The notes beneath the pieces are model-generated. The model had not been told where the DNA came from and searched no databases. It saw nothing but the letters and a program-made list of their open reading frames with translations. Positions 6,685 through 11,919 of a DNA stretch of 11,919 nt are shown here, one piece after another. Both the position numbers and the translations under genes were made by a program. Every line of letters begins with the position of its first letter. The stretch's first letter is position 1. This DNA is from Candidatus Eiseniibacteriota bacterium (GTDB taxonomy: Bacteria > Eisenbacteria > RBG-16-71-46 > DASYSL01), in assembly GCA_046598045.1 (NCBI GenBank), contig JBKJJJ010000213.1, positions 1-11,919 of the forward strand, read 5' to 3'.

Positions 6685-9078
6685 TCAGGCCGCCCTCGGC
6701 GTCGCGCGCACGAAACGCGGCACGAGGTAGAGACCGAGGATGAGCACGAAGGCCACGATCGAGATCCACAGACCGCGCTCGAACGCCTGGTCGTGGAACT
6801 CCCACACCACCTTGTGCGTGCCGGCAGGCACGGCGACGGCGCGCACGAGGTAGTCGGCGGTCAGGCCCTTCGCGGCCTTGCCGTCGACCGTCACCGTCCA
6901 GCCCGGGAACGAGAGGTCGGCAAGGCGCAGGAGCGACGGGCCGGGCGTCACGCTCGTCAGCCGCACGCGGTTCAGGCCGTACTCGTCGATCGACACGGTG
7001 CCGCCCGGCTGGGGCTGGATCCCCGGGTCCTCGGACAGCAGCGTGACCTGGGCGGGATCGCTGTTCGGATCGGAGAACAGTGCGAGTTGCTGCTCGTGCG
7101 GCACGACGCGAAAGGACGGCACCAGAGTCGCCCGCGGCAGCGCCCCCGGGAATTCGTAGACGATGTCCTGCTGGCCGCGGAAGACCTCGGTCAGGCCCAT
7201 CGACGTCGGCAGGATCCCCGGGAAGACGATGTAGCGCACGTTGAGGAGTCGCCACGCGATCGGGGATTGCCGCGCGCGGCCGCTGTCGGCGTCGAGAAAC
7301 GACTGATAGAGCCGTGGCTTGGCCGCCTGGTAGCCGCCGAGGCTGGCGAGCGCGAAGCCGGCGTAACGATTCGACTGGAACTCGCGCACCGGGAACACGC
7401 GGAACTCGCCCTTCGGCTTCTGCGCGACCAGGTAGTCGATCACATCGTCGCGCTCGGAGGCCGCGCTCAGCGTCGTCGGCGCCCCGAGCACGTCCTGCAT
7501 CAGGCGCGTGTCGATCGGCAGCAGGTCGAACATCGTGACCACCCCGACCAGCGCGATCGCGACGCCGGGCTTGATCCACGTGCGCAGCGCGGCAAACAGC
7601 GCGAAGAGCGCAACCAGCGCGAGGAAGGTCACGCGCACGAGGTCCGAGGACATCGCCCGGTAGCCGACGTCGATGGCCGCCGGGGACATCTCGGGCCGGC
7701 CGGCTTGCGCGGCCGCGGTGTACGCCCCGCGCCAGGCATCGCCCATCATGCCGGAGAGCAGCCCGAGCGCGGTCACGCCGAGCAGGACGCCGGTCCACAG
7801 CAGCATGCGCTTGCGCCGCGCGGGATCGGCGACGGCCTCGGCGACAGCGGTGAGCCCGAGCGCGGCGAGCACGGCGACGGCGAGCTGGAGGAGGATCAGG
7901 ATCATCACCGGCACGCGGAACTTGTTGAAGTACGGCAGGTGTTCGAACAGGAAATTGTAGAGCGCGCTGTGCTTCCCGAGCGCGACCAGCAGGGCGAGCA
8001 GCGCGAGCACGAGCAGGAACGACACCTCGAAGCGGCGCTTGCCGGCGGCGATCGCGAGGAACGCGCAGGCGAGGATCGCGAGGCCCATGTAGTTCGGGAA
8101 GTCGGTGAACGGCATCGAGCCCCAGTACGTCCCGCCGCCGAAGCCGAGTGCACCGGGCACGAGGAACGTGAGGGTCTCGATCGGCCCGAGCGACCAGCTC
8201 GTCGCGTACGCGTAGGTCACGCCCCCACCGGCGCCGTCGCCGCGGATCGAGTACTGCGCGTACTCGCGGATCGGCAACGCGAAGAACGCCGAGAGCGCGA
8301 AGCCCAGCCCGAGCGCAAGCACGAGCTGGAACACACGGCCGCCCGCGGCGCGCGCTCCGCCCGGCGAGCCGACGCGGCGGGCGAACTCGAAGAGCGAGAG
8401 GAGCCCGATCGCGAGCCACCCGTAGTACGCGATCTGGACGTGTCCGCGCAGCAGTTGGAAGCCGACCAGCAGCGCCAGCGTCGCGGTGTCGCCCCATTTG
8501 CCGTCGCGCCACAATCGGGAAGCGAACAGCAGCATCCACGGCAGGTAGGCCTCGTTGACCATCTGGCTGCCGTGCCCGTGGGCGCCGTTCGCGACCAGGT
8601 TGGGCGTGGCCATGAACGCGACCCCGGCGACGATCGCGGCAATGGACGACGCCCCCCAGCGCCGCGCGAGCAGGTACGTGCCGAGCCCGGCGAGGAAATA
8701 GTAGAGGAGCATCCACGACAGGCCCGGCAGGGGCAGGACCTTCTGCACCAGCGCGACCGGCCAGTCGGGCGGATAGATCAGGGGGTTGTACGCGCCCGAC
8801 GCGAACGACGGCATGCCCGTGAAAGCGTACGGGTTCCACAGCGGGTACTGCCCGGCCTTGAGCGCGAGTTCCCCGACGCGCACGAAGCCGAGCGGCGCCG
8901 TGGTGTCGGGCGAAACGAATGTCTGCCCGCCGAACACCAGCGCGCGGAACACGACGCACACCACGAACAGGAATGCCAGACTCGCCCACAGCAGTGCGCG
9001 ATTCTTGGGCGCGGGAGCGGGTCCCCGCTTGAGGGCGGCCTGGGCGGCGGACTTGCTGCCTTCGGATCGGCGGCTCAT
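6685..9078 (-). CDS. YfhO-family polytopic membrane protein (putative GT-C glycosyltransferase), 797 aa
   Basis: ATG overlaps the upstream stop (ATGA 9078-9075). There are many hydrophobic helices, and the YfhO-type motifs are PLWNPYAFTGMP, GHVQIAYY, NYMG, FNKFRVP, LNVRYIV, ALPRA, FPGWTVTVDGK and DYLVRAVAVPAGTHKVVWEF, followed by a final TM helix. Confidence 0.88.
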   Translation of the reverse strand: MSRRSEGSKSAAQAALKRGPAPAPKNRALLWASLAFLFVVCVVFRALVFGGQTFVSPDTTAPLGFVRVGELALKAGQYPLWNPYAFTGMPSFASGAYNPLIYPPDWPVALVQKVLPLPGLSWMLLYYFLAGLGTYLLARRWGASSIAAIVAGVAFMATPNLVANGAHGHGSQMVNEAYLPWMLLFASRLWRDGKWGDTATLALLVGFQLLRGHVQIAYYGWLAIGLLSLFEFARRVGSPGGARAAGGRVFQLVLALGLGFALSAFFALPIREYAQYSIRGDGAGGGVTYAYATSWSLGPIETLTFLVPGALGFGGGTYWGSMPFTDFPNYMGLAILACAFLAIAAGKRRFEVSFLLVLALLALLVALGKHSALYNFLFEHLPYFNKFRVPVMILILLQLAVAVLAALGLTAVAEAVADPARRKRMLLWTGVLLGVTALGLLSGMMGDAWRGAYTAAAQAGRPEMSPAAIDVGYRAMSSDLVRVTFLALVALFALFAALRTWIKPGVAIALVGVVTMFDLLPIDTRLMQDVLGAPTTLSAASERDDVIDYLVAQKPKGEFRVFPVREFQSNRYAGFALASLGGYQAAKPRLYQSFLDADSGRARQSPIAWRLLNVRYIVFPGILPTSMGLTEVFRGQQDIVYEFPGALPRATLVPSFRVVPHEQQLALFSDPNSDPAQVTLLSEDPGIQPQPGGTVSIDEYGLNRVRLTSVTPGPSLLRLADLSFPGWTVTVDGKAAKGLTADYLVRAVAVPAGTHKVVWEFHDQAFERGLWISIVAFVLILGLYLVPRFVRATPRAA

Positions 9079-10283
9079 CGGTCCTCGGCGTCCTCCTGAT
9101 AGGGCGTCATGTCGGCGGCCGTCACCTGGCCGTGGTCGTCTTTCGCGGTCAGCGCCGCCCGCAGCAGCCCATCGAGTCGTTCGGCGAGCCGGTCCCAGTC
9201 GTGCGCTCGTGCGCGCGCCTGGATCGACCCGCGGTCTCCGGGGTGGTCCAGCAACTCGCGCACCGCGCGCTCGAACGCCTGGGGCGTCCCGGCGAACGAA
9301 AGCCCCGCCCCGTCGGCGGAGACGTCGGCGATGGGCGAGGCGACGATGGGCCGCCCGGCGGCCCAGTACTGGTACAGCTTGTTCGGGTTGATCCCCACGG
9401 TGTAGGGATCCCCCGCGCGAAACGGAATCAGCGCGACGTCGAGCGCCGACAGGACGGCCGGCAGCTGCTCGTACGGCACCTCGCCGACGATGTGCGCGTG
9501 CGGCGCGGAGCGCAGTCGAAGGACCCCGGCGGCGGTCTCCTTCGGCAACGGTCCCACCACCACGAGCTCGAATCCACCGCAGCGCGCGAGGTGCTCGAGC
9601 ACGCCGAAATCGAGAAAGTGGCTCACCTTGCCGACGTACCCGACGCGGGGCCCTTGGATCCGCGCGATCGCCTCGGGCACGGGGCCCACAGGATGCGCGA
9701 AGCGCTCGAACTCGACGCCGTTGCCGAGCACCACGACCGGACGGGTCACCCTCGCGCGCAGCTCACGCGCGTAGTGGGAACTCACCGCGAGCACGATGTC
9801 CGCGCGCGCGAGCGCGCGATCCAGGTACCCTCCGGCCCAGGCCGGAACCCCCGCGAACTGCAGCGGGTGATCATTGAAGTCGTAGCATACCAGCCGCGGA
9901 GCGGCCTGTGAAAGGGCCTTGGCCGCATACACATTGGACACGAAAGCCACGTCCACGGAGCCCACGCCGGCCGCGGACAGGACGCGCCTGACCGCGCGCG
10001 CCGCCAGCGCCTCGAGCGCGGCCCGCGCCGGCGGCAGCTCGATCGCCGCATTGTAGAGTGGCTGCCCGGTGCTCGCCTTGAGGAACGGCACCGTGTGGAT
10101 CGTGACGCCGCCCTCGTGCCGGGCCTGCCAGGCGTTGCCCCTCCCCGCGGCGACGGGCTCGAGATAATGCACGTTCCAGCCGCGCTCGGCGAGGCGCGAA
10201 AGCAGGAATTGCTTGCGCGTTCGGAAGTAGCCCCACGCCACCTCGGCGAACGCGACCAGCGTGCGCGTCGGCTGAGCGCTCAC
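9075..10283 (-). CDS. Glycosyltransferase family 4, TuaH-like subgroup, 402 aa
   Basis: This is the C-terminal part of track ORF 9075..11183. The start is GTG at 10283-10281, overlapping the asnB TGA, giving MSAQPTRTLVAFAEVAWGYFRTRKQFLLSRLA. Motifs are YLEP, YDFND, ADIVLAVS, LGNGVEFERF, VGYVGKV, VPYEQLPAVLSALDVALIPF and NPNKLYQYWAAGRPIVAS. Confidence 0.88.
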   Translation of the reverse strand: MSAQPTRTLVAFAEVAWGYFRTRKQFLLSRLAERGWNVHYLEPVAAGRGNAWQARHEGGVTIHTVPFLKASTGQPLYNAAIELPPARAALEALAARAVRRVLSAAGVGSVDVAFVSNVYAAKALSQAAPRLVCYDFNDHPLQFAGVPAWAGGYLDRALARADIVLAVSSHYARELRARVTRPVVVLGNGVEFERFAHPVGPVPEAIARIQGPRVGYVGKVSHFLDFGVLEHLARCGGFELVVVGPLPKETAAGVLRLRSAPHAHIVGEVPYEQLPAVLSALDVALIPFRAGDPYTVGINPNKLYQYWAAGRPIVASPIADVSADGAGLSFAGTPQAFERAVRELLDHPGDRGSIQARARAHDWDRLAERLDGLLRAALTAKDDHGQVTAADMTPYQEDAEDR

Positions 10284-11919
10284 GCGTCCCCCGCCGCGGT
10301 GCGCGCGGCCCGCCCGCCGGGGCGCACGAAATCCCTCAGCCACAGCTCGAGATGGATCCAGCGCCAGACCTGGAGGCCGATCGGGCGCCGGCCGGAGAGG
10401 TAGCCCTCGAGCTCCCGCGTGAGCGTGGCGCGGTCGAGGTACGGGCGGCTCGCGGCGTCGGGCGCGAGCAGCAGGTCGCGTACGCGCCCCGCCTCGCGGC
10501 CGCGCAACCAGAGGTCGGTCGGCGTCTCGTAGCCCTTCTTGTCGCGGCGGGCAGCGATCTCCGGCGGCAGCCGGTCCGCCATCGCGCGGCGCAGGATCGC
10601 CTTCGTGGTCACGCGCTCCATGCGCGCCTCGGGTGCGAGCGCGAACACGAACTCGGCGAGGCGGTAATCGAGGAACGGCAGGCGGGTCTCGATCGAGAAC
10701 GCCATCGAGTTGCGGTCCTCGTAGCGCAGCAGGGACGGCAGGAAGCGCGCGGTCATGTCCCACGCCAGCTGGTCCGAGAGCGCGCCGTTGAAGCGCCTCG
10801 GGGGGCGCGGCTCGTCGGCACGAAACGCCCGGAGCGCCTCGCCCAGCACGCGGTCCTTGCCCTGCCCGAATGTTCGCCGCCCCCACTCGAAGAACGCGGG
10901 AGGGAGGAACGGCCGCGCAACCTTGGCGGCGCTCTCGATGAAGCCGATCCCCTGCCCGGCTGCGACGCCCCAGAACGTGCGCGCGAAATCCGTCACCGCC
11001 CCGCGCGCGAGCAGGTCGCTCATGTACGGAAAATAGTAGCGATGATAGCCGCCGAGCAGCTCGTCGCCGCCCTGCCCGTCGAGCAGCACCTTCATGCCGG
11101 CGCCCGACCCACGCCCCGCGAGTTTCATCACGTGCCACTGGCTGTAGAGACCCGGGCCCGCGGTCGGCTCCTCCTGGTGCCACACCAGCTCATCGAGCGT
11201 GTCCCACAGGTCCGTGCCGTCGGGCACGACCACCTGCGGAATCGCGCCCGATGCGCGCGCCGCGATGTCCATGAACGGGCGCTCGTCGTACGCGCCGCCC
11301 TCGTCGTACGCAACCGAGAACGTGCGCATCGGGTGCGGCAGCAGCCTGCCCGCGGTGACCACGATCGAGGTCGAGTCGAGTCCGCCCGAAAGGCAGGTCC
11401 CGACCGGTACGTCCGCGCGCAGGCGCAGCCTGACCGCATCCTCGAACAGCGCGCGGAAGCGCTCGGCTGCCTCCCTGGGCGCGAGCCGCTCGCGGCGCGT
11501 GGGATCGAGGTCCCACCAGCGGCGCGTGCGCACGGCGCCGGGCCGCCCCGGCGCGCCCTCCTCGGCGGTCAGGCAGTGCCCCGCGGGGAGTTGGAGCACA
11601 CCCTCGAAGAACGTCTCCGCCGTGTGGTCCACCCAGTCGCGCGCGACCAGGTCGAAGATCGCCTCGGGGCGCGGCACGCGCGGCCCATCGAGGACGATCG
11701 GCTTGAGCTCGGAGGCGAACGCGAGCCGCCCGTCCCCGACCCGGTAGTAGAACGGCTTGACGCCGAAGCGATCGCGCGCGGCGAACAGCTTCCGCTCCTT
11801 CGCGTCCCAGATCGCGAGGCCCCACATGCCGTTCAGGCGCGGCAGCATGTCCTCGCCCCACGCCGCCCACGCGGCGAGCAGCACCTCGGTGTCGCTGCCG
11901 GTCGCGAACGTCGCGCCGC
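10280..11919 (-). CDS. asnB: Asparagine synthase (glutamine-hydrolysing)-family amidotransferase, probably polysaccharide-modifying; 5' end outside the window
   Basis: The frame is open to the window edge (...ATFATGSDTEVLLAAW). Motifs are SDTEV, LNGMW, ARDRFGVKPFYY, FASELK, LSGGLDST, LDGQGGDELLGGY, LLRYEDRNSMAFSIETRLPFLD and KKGYETP. The catalytic N-terminal Cys is not in the window. Confidence 0.93.
   Translation of the reverse strand, partial: GATFATGSDTEVLLAAWAAWGEDMLPRLNGMWGLAIWDAKERKLFAARDRFGVKPFYYRVGDGRLAFASELKPIVLDGPRVPRPEAIFDLVARDWVDHTAETFFEGVLQLPAGHCLTAEEGAPGRPGAVRTRRWWDLDPTRRERLAPREAAERFRALFEDAVRLRLRADVPVGTCLSGGLDSTSIVVTAGRLLPHPMRTFSVAYDEGGAYDERPFMDIAARASGAIPQVVVPDGTDLWDTLDELVWHQEEPTAGPGLYSQWHVMKLAGRGSGAGMKVLLDGQGGDELLGGYHRYYFPYMSDLLARGAVTDFARTFWGVAAGQGIGFIESAAKVARPFLPPAFFEWGRRTFGQGKDRVLGEALRAFRADEPRPPRRFNGALSDQLAWDMTARFLPSLLRYEDRNSMAFSIETRLPFLDYRLAEFVFALAPEARMERVTTKAILRRAMADRLPPEIAARRDKKGYETPTDLWLRGREAGRVRDLLLAPDAASRPYLDRATLTRELEGYLSGRRPIGLQVWRWIHLELWLRDFVRPGGRAARTAAGDA

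Noticed and set aside
5948..8989. Apparent 1013-aa GT2 fusion, or a frameshift fusion with YfhO
   Set aside because: The N-terminal ~770 aa are an off-frame reading of YfhO. YfhO has its own complete C-terminus and stop, the GT2 has a canonical start at 6682, and I saw no slippery site.
6793..9099. 768-aa plus-strand ORF, and other plus-strand ORFs such as 1630..2400, 1938..2942, 2672..3763, 3781..4749, 4834..5958 and 9132..9911
   Set aside because: They lie opposite well-supported minus-strand genes and have low-complexity Arg/Ala/Pro composition with no family motifs.
1590..11183. Long N-terminal extensions on track ORFs 1590..3212, 2657..4444 and 9075..11183
   Set aside because: The extensions overlap upstream genes out of frame. 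Family similarity begins at the NTGA overlap starts (2660, 3703, 10283).
11531..11562. GC inverted repeat (ggcgccggg...cccggcgcgcc) inside asnB
   Set aside because: It is in-frame coding sequence for a short GAPGRPGA loop, has no U-tract, and is expected by chance at this GC content.

Overview
A very GC-rich (roughly 70% by eye, not computed) bacterial window. It is filled by one tightly packed minus-strand cluster of eight genes for cell-envelope glycan synthesis and modification, open at both ends. In transcription order (right to left) the genes are: (1) an AsnB-type amidotransferase (5'-truncated), (2) a TuaH-like GT4, (3) a YfhO-family GT-C membrane protein, (4) a Ppm1/DPM1-like polyprenol-phosphate sugar synthase, (5) a secreted beta-propeller protein with a T9SS-CTD/FlgD-Ig-like C-terminus that resembles PorZ, (6) a FemAB-like GNAT, (7) a second GT4, and (8) an AftB-like GT-C membrane protein (3'-truncated and absent from the supplied ORF track). 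Five of the seven junctions are 4-bp NTGA start/stop overlaps. The most interesting hypothesis, which is inference only, is that the PorZ-like protein, Fem-like transferase, amidotransferase and GTs parallel the Bacteroidota Wbp/Vim A-LPS pathway that anchors T9SS cargo. Here that set would be joined to a polyprenol-phosphate/GT-C module in a high-GC, probably FCB-related organism. I saw no RNA genes, CRISPR arrays or mobile elements. The long plus-strand ORFs are antisense shadows.
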